Assembly (NCBI GenBank): GCA_963808715.1
Contig: CAWEHG010000015.1
Span: 8,732-72,731 of the forward strand
Source: Ignavibacteriota bacterium
GTDB lineage: Bacteria > Bacteroidota > Ignavibacteria > UBA10030 > UBA6906
Length of the DNA stretch: 64,000 nucleotides
Reading direction: 5' to 3'
Shown: positions 47,760 to 58,521 of the stretch, in pieces
Position numbering within the stretch: the first letter of the stretch is position 1
Layout: each line of letters opens with the position of its first letter
The notes under the pieces: generated by a model
The model's input: only the letters and a program-made list of their open reading frames with translations
What the model was told of the DNA's origin: nothing
Databases searched by the model: none
Position numbers and translations under genes: made by a program

Positions 47760-48903
47760 ATGCCTGTCGTCTTCGTCCTGACGGCCCTTCTCGCCGCCGC
47801 CCTGGTGGCAGAGTCGGTTCTCCTGCGCCGGCGGGTCCGCTCCATCCCCGTCCGCGTTCATGTCGGGGGGACCCGGGGGAAGTCGAGCGTGACCCGTTGC
47901 ATCGTCGCGGCGCTGCGGCTATGACGGCCGCGCGGTGATGGGGAAGATCACCGGCGTCGTGCCGACGATCCTCGAGCCGGACGGATCCACCCGCATCATC
48001 CGTCGGACCGGCCCCGCCAGGGTTCAGGAACAGGTGCGGATGATTTTCCGCGCCGGGGGCCTTCGTTGCGATGCTCTCGTTCTGGAATGTATGTCGATCG
48101 CTCCCGCCCTGCAGGAGCTCGAAACACGCCTGCTTCGTCCCACGCTCACTGTGCTCACCAATGTCGGCGACGACCATCGAGAAGAATACGGTTCTTCGCC
48201 GGAAGGGCTCGCAGAAGGCCCGATGGCCTGCATCCCGCGGGGAGGACTCCTCGTCTCCGGTGAGAACGATCTGGACCACGTCGTGCGCCTGCGTGCCGAG
48301 CATCTCGGGGCGCACGTCGTTCGCCCCGGGCCGGAGGACCTCGAACTTGTGGAGCAGATGCCTGCCGGGGCGGCACGGGAGAACGCTGCTCTTGTTCTGT
48401 CGGCCTGCAGAATGCTGGGGGTGTCCCGGACCGCAGCGCTTGCTGCGATCGCCGAGAACGCGGCCTCACTGGAGGGCGAACTGATCGTCGTGGCGGCCCC
48501 GGACGGTCCATTCCGTTTCCTCAACGGCTTCGCCGTGAACGACGTCCCCTCCGCACGGAAATTCCTCGACCGCTGGGCTGCAAGGCTCGGCGGGTGGACG
48601 TCGCTGACCATCCTGTTGAACACCCGCACCGACCGGCCCTACCGCTCCATCCAGTTCGCCCGCTGGTGCGCCACACTCCCGGACCTCCACTGCGCCGTGC
48701 TGCTCGGCAGCCACGCTGTACGCACGCGCCGGGAACTGCTTCTGGCCGGGATGGATGGGACGCGGGTGACGATCTGGACACGGCGGGAGATCGCCGATCT
48801 CCGCAGACACCTGGCCGCTCTCCAGACGGGACCCCGGGGGGTCATCGTGGGACTCGGCAACATCGCGGGTGACGGATTCAGGATACTGAAAGGGTTAGGC
48901 ACT
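47760..48903 (+). CDS. pgsB: poly-gamma-glutamate synthase PgsB/CapB (Mur-ligase-like), one frame break; no stop before pgsC
   Basis: ATG 47760: MPVVFVLTALLAAALVAESVLLRRRVRSIPVRVHVGGTRGKSSVTRCIVAALR, then ORF 47935..49341: YDGRAVMGKITGVVPTILEPDG..ALVLECMSIAP..LTVLTNVGDDHREEYG..FLNGFAVNDVPS..NTRTDRPYRSIQF..GLGNIAGDG. Collinear with B. subtilis PgsB as I recall it. Break near 47915-47922. Confidence 0.8.
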
Positions 48904-49341
48904 ATGATCATCGAGGCCCTCTTTGTCGGATTGGTCGCCGGGTTCCTCTTCTATGAAGTGTGGGGGCTCTCTCCGGGCGGAGTGATCGCGCCCGGGTACC
49001 TCGCCCTGTTCATCGGGGAACCCGGACGGATCGCTTCGACACTGGTCCTGGCGCTCGCCCTCTGGGGCCTGCTCGAGTTCCTTTCCCGACGACTGATACT
49101 CTACGGCAGGCGGCGCCTCCTTCTGGCGCTGCTGCTGGGGTTCTGCGGCAAGTATCTCATCGAACACTGGCTGCTTCCCGGGGCCGGAGTCGCCCTGGAT
49201 CTGCAGACGATCGGGTACCTCATCCCCGGACTCATCGCCAACGAGATGGTCCGGCAGAAGCCGCTCCCCACGCTCGCCGCGCTTGTCATCGTGACCTCTG
49301 TCGTGGCCATGGGGATGTTTCTCTGGCACGGGACCGTGTGA
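48904..49341 (+). CDS. pgsC: poly-gamma-glutamate synthesis membrane protein PgsC/CapC
   Basis: ATG 48904 in the same frame as pgsB (ORF 47935..49341): MIIEALFVGLVAGFLFYEVWGLSPGGVIAPGYLALF..IGYLIPGLIANEMVRQ..; about 145 aa, 4-5 TM. Confidence 0.75.
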   Translation: MIIEALFVGLVAGFLFYEVWGLSPGGVIAPGYLALFIGEPGRIASTLVLALALWGLLEFLSRRLILYGRRRLLLALLLGFCGKYLIEHWLLPGAGVALDLQTIGYLIPGLIANEMVRQKPLPTLAALVIVTSVVAMGMFLWHGTV

Positions 49342-50390
49342 GCGGCGGGTCATCCATACTCCCCCGGCTGGCGCTCCTCTCCGGAATTGCGGTCGGCGCG
49401 GTCCTGATCTCCCGCTCCCTGCTGGTGACGGAGGTTCCCCGCGACGACGCCCCGGCGATGCGTGAGGCGGGCGACAGCGCGATGGCCTGGTATGCCCTCG
49501 TGGACACGCTCAAACGTCACGCGGGGATCGTCGAGGAACTTCCCGCCAACATCCCGTACCGGGGGATGATCGGCAGCGAGTGGTCGGAGATCACCACCAC
49601 GCTCGGGAGCCTCGAGGCGAAGAGGACCGCGGCGGATCCGGCGTTCGCCGCCCTGCTGGTGAGGCTGCTCCATGATGCGGGCGCCGGTCCATCGAGCACC
49701 GTGGGAGTCGTCCTCTCCGGATCCTTTCCGTCGCTCGGGCTTGCCGCGCTGGCCGCGGTGCAGGCGGTCGGCGCCAGGGCGGTGGTGATCAGTTCACTCG
49801 GCTCGTCGTCGTTCGGGGCCAACCAGCCGGAGGTCACCTGGCTGGACATGGAGTCCACCGTCGCTGCTCATGGCGGGCTCCGGTACCGTTCGGCAATGGT
49901 GACGATGGGAGCGGAGGGAGATACCGGCGGGGGCCTGAGCGACGAGGGGAGGCGAATGCTCCGGTCGGCGGCCCTCCGGAACGGCGTGGAACTCCACACC
50001 CCGCGGTCGTTTCACGAAGCGGTCTCGTCCAGAGTGGATCTTCTGGCGAAAACGCAACTGGTGATCAACATCGGGGGGAGCCAGGCGAGTCTCGGTATGT
50101 GTCCCCACGCTCCGGTGCTTCCGCACGGCATCATCACCCGACTGCCGGAGTGTTCTCACCCCGATCGCGGGCTCATTGAACGCCTTGTGGAACGGGAGAT
50201 CCCGGTGATCCATCTGCTGAATATCGAGGCTCTCGCGGCGGAGTATCATCTGCCCCTGGGACCGGCGACGCTGGCTCCGGGGATCCGCGAAGCGGTGTAT
50301 GCAACACGCGCGGTCAACCGTGGGGCTGTGGGTGTGCTCCTTGCTGCGCTGCTGGCAGCGATCGTGCTCTTGCGGCCCCGAAGCCCGTGA
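49338..50390 (+). CDS. membrane-anchored protein occupying the PgsA/CapA position (possibly 'poly-gamma-glutamate system protein' type)
   Basis: GTG 49338 (GTGTGA overlap with pgsC stop) inside ORF 48960..50390: VSGGSSILPRLALLSGIAVGAVLISRSLL.. followed by a soluble domain of about 320 aa and a C-terminal TM ..GAVGVLLAALLAAIVLL. No CapA-like GDIM/metallophosphatase motifs seen. Confidence 0.5.
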   Translation: MSGGSSILPRLALLSGIAVGAVLISRSLLVTEVPRDDAPAMREAGDSAMAWYALVDTLKRHAGIVEELPANIPYRGMIGSEWSEITTTLGSLEAKRTAADPAFAALLVRLLHDAGAGPSSTVGVVLSGSFPSLGLAALAAVQAVGARAVVISSLGSSSFGANQPEVTWLDMESTVAAHGGLRYRSAMVTMGAEGDTGGGLSDEGRRMLRSAALRNGVELHTPRSFHEAVSSRVDLLAKTQLVINIGGSQASLGMCPHAPVLPHGIITRLPECSHPDRGLIERLVEREIPVIHLLNIEALAAEYHLPLGPATLAPGIREAVYATRAVNRGAVGVLLAALLAAIVLLRPRSP

Positions 50391-50481
50391 TCCGGGCCTT
50401 TTTCCTTGCGAGGATTTTCCCTACCATCCACTGGGTCCCCCGCGGACCTCTCGAGCCTCCGTCACCTGAAAGACCCCCTCC

Positions 50482-53400
50482 ATGAGAACCAGCGCATTCG
50501 TGTTGCTGATCGGAGCCTGCATGTTCACTCTTGCATCTTCGGCCGCGCAGCAGAAGAGATGGTCGATCCCGAAAGGTGCTCCCCTTCTGACCCGGTGGGC
50601 AGCAAAGGTGGATCCCTCGGCCCCGCTGCCGGAGTATCCGAGGCCGCAGTATGGTCCGTGCCGAATGGCTCAACCTGAACGGGCTCTGGGAATACGCACA
50701 GGCCGCTGCGGGCGAGGCCCCGCCGGCGGGAAAGCCTCTCGCCGGAAGGATCCTTGTTCCTTATCCCGTGGAGTCGGCGCTCTCGGGGGTCATGCAGCGC
50801 ATGGACCGGCTCTGGTACCGCAGAACGTTCACCCTGCCTGCGGCCTGGAAGGGGAAACGGGTGCTGTTGCACTTCGGCGCGGTGGACTGGGAAGCCCATG
50901 TCTATGTGAACGGCACCGAGGTGGGGACGCACAAAGGAGGGTACGATCCGTTCACGTTCGATATCACCGCCAGCCTGACGTCCGACCGGCCCGCAGGAGA
51001 TCATCGTCGGCGTCTTCGATCCCTCCGATGCGGGCGAGCAGCCGCGCGGCAAACAGGTCAACAAGCCGAAAGGGATCTGGTACACTCCGTCCACGGGGAT
51101 CTGGCAAACCGTCTGGCTGGAACCGGTTCCGGAGGTCTTCATCGATCGTCTCGCGATCGTGCCGCATCCGGCGGATTCGACGGTCCGGATCCAGTCTGCC
51201 TGTGCGAACGCGGAGGCCGGCGATTCTCTTGACGTCGTCGTGTCGGCCGCCGGCAAGCCCGTGGGCCGCGGTTCAGCGGCGGTGGGGGGAACCGCCTCCA
51301 TCACCATCCCGAAACCTCGTCTCTGGTCCCCCTCGAAACCGTTCCTCTACGACCTCAGGGTCAGTCTGCGCCGCAGCGGCAAGATCGTGGACCGGGTAGG
51401 GAGCTACTTCGGCATGCGCAACGTGTCTGTGGCCCGTGATGAGCGGGGCTTTCAGCGACTGATGCTCAACGGGAAGTTCGTGTTCCAGCTCGGGCCGCTC
51501 GATCAGGGGTTCTGGCCCGACGGACTCTATACGGCCCCGACGGACGCGGCCTTACGCTCCGACCTCGAGATGACGAAGAAGCTCGGTTTCAACATGGTCC
51601 GGAAGCATGTCAAGGTCGAACCCGAGCGGTGGTACTACTGGGCAGACAGGCTGGGGCTGCTCGTCTGGCAGGACATGCCGAGCGGCGACAACAAGACCCC
51701 TGAAGCGCGGAAGCAGTTCGAATACGAACTGGCCCGGCTCGTGGAGACCCATCGCAATCACCCTTCCATCATCATGTGGGTGGTGTTCAACGAGGGGTGG
51801 GGGCAGTACGATACGGAACGCCTTGCGGCCGAAGTCCGCCGCCTGGATCCGACGCGGCTGGTCAACAGCGCCAGCGGCTGGGCCGACAAGGGGGCCGGCG
51901 ACGTCCTCGACATCCATCACTATCCGCAGCCGCGATCCCCCGAGCCTCAACCGGGAAGGGCCATCGTGCTGGGTGAATTCGGCGGGCTGGGGCTTGCCAT
52001 CCCCGGCCACACGTGGCAGAAGGAGCACTGGGGGTACCAGGGGATGGCGGACCGGGACGAGCTGACAGCGAAGTACGTGCGCTTCCTGGATACGGTCTAC
52101 CGGTTTGTTGAGACCACAGGCCTGAGCGCAGCGGTCTACACTCAAACAACGGACGTCGAGGTGGAGTGCAACGGCTTCCTGACCTACGACCGGGAGATCC
52201 TGAAGCCGGAGCTCAAGGCCGCCGCTGCGGCCAACAGGGGGGTGCCGCCGGAATATCCCGCCGGGGTCGCCACACGGTCGACGGTTCCGACACGCCGCGG
52301 CGGACTGTATGCGGGCAATCGTGCTCCGCTGGTCCCCGCGCCGCTGATGAAGCTCCCGATCGGCAGCATCACCCCGCAGGGCTGGCTGAAGCAGATGCTG
52401 GAGCTCGAACGCGACGGCATGACGGGCCGGCTGGCGGAGATCAGCCCATGGCTGGATCATGCGAAGAGCGCGTGGGCGAGCCCTTCCGGTGAAGGTGCAC
52501 GCGGGTGGGAGGAGCTGCCGTACTGGCTGAAAGGGTACGCGGACCTTGGATACGTGCTGAACGACGCGAAGGTCATCGCCGAGGCGCGGCGGTGGATCGA
52601 ACCGGTCCTCGCCTCCCAGCGCGAGGACGGATGGTTCGGCCCGAGGGCCCTCCTGACCTCATTGAAGGGACAACCCGACATGTGGCCTCACATGGTCATG
52701 CTGAACGTGCTGCAGTCGTACCACGAGTACAGCGGCGACGCGCGGGTGATCCCGTTCATGACCCGGTACTTCCAGTGGCAGCATCGGCTCCCGGCCTCGG
52801 CGTTCGGGGCGGGCTACTGGCCGCGCATGAGGATGGGGGACAACATCGAGAGTGTCTTCTGGCTCTTCAACCGGACCGGCGAGGCATGGTTGCTGGACCT
52901 CGCCGAGAAGATCCACCAGGGGATGGCGCGTTGGGACCAGGACGTGATCAACTGGCACAATGTGAATGTGGCGCAAGGTTTCCGGGCTCCGGCCGTCTAC
53001 TATCCCGGCGGGAAGGACATCATGCAGCTGCGGGCTGCAGAGCGGAATTACCGGAGGGTGATGGAGGAGTACGGCCAGTTCCCCGGCGGCGGATTTGCGG
53101 CCGACGAGAACGCGCGCAAAGGATTCGGCGATCCGCGCCAGGGATTCGAGACCTGCGGTATCGTGGAGTTCATGCACAGCTTCGAATTGTTGACGAGGAT
53201 CTCCGGAGACCCGGTGTGGTCCGACCGAAACGAAGAGATCGCGCTGAACAGCTTCCCGGCGTCTCAGACCCCGGACCTCATGGGGCTCCGCTATCTCACC
53301 TGCGCGAACCAGGTGCAGCTCGACAAGGGGACAAAATCGCCGGGAGTGCAGAACGGGGGAACGATGTTCTCGTACAGTCCGTTCGAGACCTACCGGTGCT

Positions 53401-54662
53401 GCCAGCACAATGTCTCCCACGGCTGGCCGTACTACGCGGAGGAGCTCTGGCTGGCGACCGCCGACAGCGGCCTCTGCGCATCGCTGTACGCGGCGTCGCA
53501 GGTGAAGGCGTTCGTGGGGAAGAGGACCGCCGTGACCATCCGGGAAGAGACCGACTATCCGTTCGGGGAGACCATCCGGCTCCGGTTGTCGCTCTCCGGG
53601 CGTGCGACGTTTCCGCTCTATCTTCGGCTCCCGCGGTGGTGCGCGGAGCCCAGGCTCCGGGTGAACGGGAAGGAGATGCCGCTGGCGGGGACCGGCGGAG
53701 GCTTCGCCGTGGTCGCGAGGGAATGGAAGGATGGAGACGAAGTGGTGTTGAGTCTGCCGATGCGGGTGGACGTTCGCCGGTGGGAAAAGAACAAGAACTC
53801 CGTTTCCGTGAGTTACGGCCCGCTGACGTTCTCCCTTCGTATCGGTGAACGATGGGAGCGGTATGGCGACCGGCCCGACTGGCCGGAATGGGAGGTGTTT
53901 CCGTCGACCGCGTGGAACTATGGGCTGGTCGTGGATACCACCACCCCCGCCCGCGGCTTCACGGTCGAACGGGTCCAGGGGAGTTTCTCGCGCAACCCGT
54001 TCACCCCCGAGGCGGTCCCGTTGCGGATCACCGCGAAGGCACGCAAGATCCCCGGCTGGCAGCAGGATCACCTTGGTCTTGCAGGCCTGCTCCAGGAGAG
54101 TCCGGCCCGCACATCCGAACCGGAAGAAACGATCACGCTGATCCCGATGGGTGCCGCACGGCTCAGGGTCTCGTCCTTCCCGACCGTGACGACCGACTCC
54201 GGCGGGCACGTCTGGCTCCCGCCGCCAAAGCCCAGAGTGATCGACCATGCGATCAGCGTCTCATACGTCAACCGCTATGACTCGAAAGAGGCGGTTGCCG
54301 ACGGATTCGAACCGGCCAGCTCACGGGACGACGGCGTGGCGAAGCTGACCTGGTGGAATCACCGCGGGACGAAGGAATGGGTGCAGTACGACTTCCCGTC
54401 GGCACGGACGGTCGGCAGCGCCTCCGTCTACTGGTACGATGACGGCGAGGAGGAAGGGTGCAGGGTCCCGCGTCTCTGGCGCCTGCTCTACCGGTCGGGC
54501 GAGGCCTGGCTTCCCGTGGGCGGGACGCCGGAGTTCGGCACGAAGCCGGACCGGTTCAACACCGTCACGTTTCCCGCGGTGCGCACGACGGCCCTGCGCC
54601 TGGAGGTCGAACTGCAGCCGGAGTACAGCGGCGGGATCCTCGAGTGGAAATTCTCGGAGTAG
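50482..54662 (+). CDS. secreted multidomain glycoside hydrolase: GH2-like + GH127/GH146-like (beta-L-arabinofuranosidase type) + C-terminal discoidin/F5-8-like domain; two frame breaks near the 5' end
   Basis: ORF 50482.. (MRTSAFVLLIGACMFTLASSAAQ..EYPRPQ), ORF 50651..51232 (VRAEWLNLNGLWEY..VLLHFGAVDWEAHVYVNGTEVGTHKGGYDPFTFDIT) and ORF 51159..54662 (..FNMVRKHVKVEP..LLVWQDMP..IIMWVVFNEGWG.., then ..GFETCGIVEFM.. and ..FETYRCCQHNVSHGWP.., the E-x-C and CC motifs of GH127, then ..KEWVQYDF..LRLEVEL..GILEWKFSE). Breaks near 50650 and 50994. Confidence 0.75.
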
Positions 54663-54743
54663 GTGGCGCGGTTTCTTTTCGTCAAAGTGTTATCTTACGG
54701 AACAACGTCCAGGAAACGTACCACTCACCAGGCGGGACCGTCC

Positions 54744-55157
54744 ATGCCCTTCAAGATCCTGATCGCAGACGACGACGAGTCGGTTCGGAATTCCCACAAG
54801 TTCGCCCTCGAGGCGGCGTCGGATCTCCTGAACGAGGAATTCACCGTTTCGGAGGTCGACAACAGCGTCGATGCGCTGGCCAGGATCCACGCGCACCAGT
54901 ACGATCTCATCCTGGTGGACAACGACTTCAAGGACACGAACCTGAAGGGGCACCTTCCCGGCATCGCCCTGTTGCAGCTGGCGCGCAAGGATGGGGTCAA
55001 CAAGACCACCCCGATCGTGTTCTGCTCGGCGGAGACCTTCGAAATGCTCAAGCCGATGGTGGAGCGTTTCGGCTGCGTCCATCTTCCGAAGGACGGCTAT
55101 GACATCGATCGGTCCGCGAAACTCTTCGCCGGGTTGCTGACGCAGAACAAGGCCTAG
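54744..55157 (+). CDS. stand-alone response-regulator receiver domain protein
   Basis: ATG 54744 inside ORF 54663..55157: [42 protein letters not shown].. Confidence 0.8.
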   Translation: MPFKILIADDDESVRNSHKFALEAASDLLNEEFTVSEVDNSVDALARIHAHQYDLILVDNDFKDTNLKGHLPGIALLQLARKDGVNKTTPIVFCSAETFEMLKPMVERFGCVHLPKDGYDIDRSAKLFAGLLTQNKA

Positions 55158-55164
55158 TCGCGGC

Positions 55165-56571
55165 ATGGAACTCACGATCGGCATCGGTGCGGGTCTCGCC
55201 CTCGGAGCCGCCTTCACCTGGTGGATCATGCGGGGGATCCGCATCCGGGCCTACGAGGCGGGCAGGACGGAGGGGGCGAAAGAACTGGCCGTCCTTGCCG
55301 AGCGCCTGAACGCCAGAGAGACCCAGATCATCGAGTTGCGGGATGTTGTGGCGGACAGGGAACGCGCGGTCGGACAGGCGACCTCCAGAGTGATCGAGCT
55401 GGAAGGAGAGGTGGCGGGAGTGCGCGCGAACCTGGAGGCGGAGAAGAACGGCGCCCGGGAAAAACTCGCGGTCCTGGACGATGCCCGCCAGAAGCTCTCC
55501 GAGGCCTTCCAGGCGCTTTCTGCGGAGGCGCTCCGGAACAACAATCGCTCGTTCCTCGATCTGGCACAGGCGGCACTCAAGGAACACCAGGAGGTGGGGC
55601 GGACCGACCTGGAAGGCCGTCAGCGGGCGATCGACGAGCTGGTCAAGCCGCTCCGGCAGTCACTGACGGACGTCGGTGCCCGCATTCGCGAGGTGGAGCT
55701 TGCCAGAGAGTCCGCCTACGCGACGCTCGAGGCGCAGCTCCGATCCCTGGCCACTTCGCAGATCCAGCTCCAGCAGGAAACCTCGAACCTCGTCAAGGCC
55801 CTGCGGGCTCCCACGGTCCGGGGCCGCTGGGGAGAGATCCAGCTCCGGCGGGTGGTGGAGATGGCGGGGATGCTCAACTACTGCGACTTCGACGAGCAGC
55901 GGTCCACCACCACCGAAGACGGGCGCCTGCGCCCGGACCTGATCGTCAAACTCCCCAACCAGAAGCAGATCGTGGTGGACGCCAAGGCGCCGTTGATGGC
56001 GTACCTTGAGTCGCTGGAAGCCCCGGACGAGCAGACGCGTGTCTCGAAACTCCGGGAGCACGCCGCGCAGATCCGCACCCACCTGCAGAAGCTGGGGGCG
56101 AAGGCGTATTTCGAGCAGTTCAGCCCCACACCGGAATTCGTCGTGATGTTCCTGCCGGGCGAGACCTTCTTCAGCGCCGCCCTGGAGCAGGACCCCTCCC
56201 TCATCGAGTACGGCGTCGAACGGAAGGTCATCCTTGCCACCCCCACCACCCTGATCGCCCTGCTGCGCGCGGTGGCGTACGGATGGCGGCAGGAACAGAT
56301 CGCCGAGAACGCCAACGCCATCAGCGAACTGGGGAGAACCCTCTACGACCGGATCCGGGTGATGGCGGAACACTTCGAAGCCGTTCGCAAGGGACTGGAC
56401 GGAGCGGTCGATGCCTACAACAAGGCGGTCGCTTCGCTCGAGACCCGCGTCCTCTCAACGGCCCGGAAGTTCAAGGAACTCGGCCCGGGCAGGGGAGACG
56501 ACATCGGCGAAGTGGCGGCCGTGGACAAGGTGACCAGAAAACTCCAGGCCCCCGACCTGGAGAAGGACTGA
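55165..56571 (+). CDS. rmuC: DNA recombination protein RmuC
   Basis: ORF 55165..56571. N-terminal TM, long coiled coil, ..[81 protein letters not shown]. Intact. Confidence 0.9.
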   Translation: MELTIGIGAGLALGAAFTWWIMRGIRIRAYEAGRTEGAKELAVLAERLNARETQIIELRDVVADRERAVGQATSRVIELEGEVAGVRANLEAEKNGAREKLAVLDDARQKLSEAFQALSAEALRNNNRSFLDLAQAALKEHQEVGRTDLEGRQRAIDELVKPLRQSLTDVGARIREVELARESAYATLEAQLRSLATSQIQLQQETSNLVKALRAPTVRGRWGEIQLRRVVEMAGMLNYCDFDEQRSTTTEDGRLRPDLIVKLPNQKQIVVDAKAPLMAYLESLEAPDEQTRVSKLREHAAQIRTHLQKLGAKAYFEQFSPTPEFVVMFLPGETFFSAALEQDPSLIEYGVERKVILATPTTLIALLRAVAYGWRQEQIAENANAISELGRTLYDRIRVMAEHFEAVRKGLDGAVDAYNKAVASLETRVLSTARKFKELGPGRGDDIGEVAAVDKVTRKLQAPDLEKD

Positions 56572-56658
56572 CCGACCCACCTCCGGGCAAGTCCCGGCTT
56601 GCCTGCACCTCCCCTTCCTCCTATATTCAAAGACCAGAACGATAGGAGGGATGGAGCT

Positions 56659-58512
56659 ATGCATCGTCGTGCCGCGGTCCCCGTTGTTGTCCTGCTTCTC
56701 TCACTCTTCGCCTTGTCCGGCTGCGCCACATCCGACGAGAGCCCATCCGGCACCGGAACTCCCGGCCCCGGGGCGGCGGCGATCCAGCAGATCAACACGA
56801 AGCAGGAAGCGCTGTTCAGGCAATTCAACGACCTGGCCGCGAAGATCGGAGAGAAGGCCGCGATGGACTCCGTCGCGAAGCTGTTCCGGGCCGATCCGGA
56901 GGTCCGTTCGGCCCTGGTCGGATCTCAGGGGATCGCGGTCGTCTTCGCCAACGGCATCAAAGGGGGGCTGTTCCTCAAGAAACTGGACAGCGTCGCCGTT
57001 CCGCCGCCGCCCGCCCCTCTTCTGGCCCCCGCTCTCGGCAAGAACTCCGGTACGCTCGACAACCTTCCTCCGGACGGAAGACCATCTTCCTCAATCCCCA
57101 TTATGCCGAACGGGTCGTTCTGGCGAATGCCATCAACGGCGTCGCCCAGACCGCGTTCCCCAGGGCCGGCTTCCAGCCGTTCGAAAAGTACCTGGGCTCC
57201 GCCGCGGACCTGGACCGTTTCGCATCCCTCAAGGACTACGGGGTCATTCATGTCTATTCGCACGGTTGGGCATGGCCCAAAGAGGACTCGCTGAAGGAGG
57301 TCCTGCTGTTGACCGGCGAAACGGACAACACAAAGCTCTCCGGCAAGTACTACCAGGATGTCCTCGACGGCAACATCGTCGTGGGCTACGGGTCCGACGG
57401 CCCCGAGGTCTTCGTGGATCCAAATTCATCACCAGGAACAATACCGGTGCGGACGGCAGCGCACTCTTCTACGGAGGTTTCTGCTACAGCGGCCTCGGGA
57501 CGTGGAAGGACGTGATGCGGTCAAGCAGCCTTGCCGCGACGTATGTGGGGTTCGACTGGAGCGTGGATACGCGGTGGAACGCAGGCTGGGCGCAGGACGT
57601 CTACAAGCGTCTCACGGACACGACGTTCAATGCCCCCGAGACGATGCTGAGCTGGTGGACCACGTCGCCGGTGCCGAAACAGTACGTGTCGCCATCTCAG
57701 CGCACGGTCAGCATTACGTGCACCGGCGACTGGAGCCTCGCGCTGTGGCGCAGGGTTCGCATCGCTTCGCTTCAGCCATCCTCCGGGCCGGTCGGAACGC
57801 AGTTCGCCATCCGCGGCAAGGGGTTCGGGTCCATCCCCGCCCGGGGTGTTGCGAAACTCGGGGCAAGCGTCCTCACCCCGAAATCGTGGTCGGATTCGCT
57901 GATCGCCACGGAGGTCCCGGCCGGCGTCTCCAGCGGGAACGTGACGGTCACGGTCGACAACACGGTCAGCGATCCCCTGTTCTTCACGGTGACCACGGGG
58001 ACCAGCCTCCTGGATCAGCTGCACAAATGCAACCGGATCGTGGTGAGTCTGGCCGCCAGGATCACGTTCACCGGTACCAGCATGTCGCCGGTGGACCTCT
58101 TCACGCTGGCTCACGATCAGTACGTGATCCTGCCGATCGTATGGAACGGGACCTCGTTCGCGGCCTCGACCTCGAATAATCAACGGGCAGGATACGCTCA
58201 TCACGGCATTCGGTAGGGACTGTTTCGGCGGATGGACAGACACTGGTGGGAGTAACGGCGTATGAGCGGAGTTACGTGGCTAGCTCCAGCCGGCTGGTGG
58301 TCCGCCAGATGAGCCTGGTAAACCTGCCGTACTTTGCGGCGGGGAGCGGGGTGACCTACAGCGTGGCCGGACCGACGGCGAGCACCTACGCTTCCGGGGT
58401 CGTCTGGAGCGAATACATCCGGGGGATCCAGAGCTACGGCATCAAACAGGTGGACTGGACCACGCTGGTCTCCGGCCTCGGCGTGAGCGTGAGGTTCAGC
58501 CAGGGACTGTAG
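56659..58512 (+). pseudogene. lipoprotein with clan-CD-like (caspase/gingipain-type) His-Gly..Cys signature and an IPT/TIG-like domain; about five frame changes as sequenced
   Basis: ATG 56659 MHRRAAVPVVVLLLSLFALSGC (lipobox) in ORF 56599..57294. Own stitching: ..KTIFLNPHYAERVV..DYGVIHVYSHGWAWP..TGETDNTKLSGKYY (ORF 57309..57515 frame), ..GSALFYGGFCYSGLGTW..IASLQPSSGPVGTQFAIRGKGFG..GNVTVTVDN (ORF 56651..58216 frame), ..TGQDTLITAFG.., then ORF 58246..58512. Confidence 0.5.
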
Positions 58513-58521
58513 CGGACGGAA

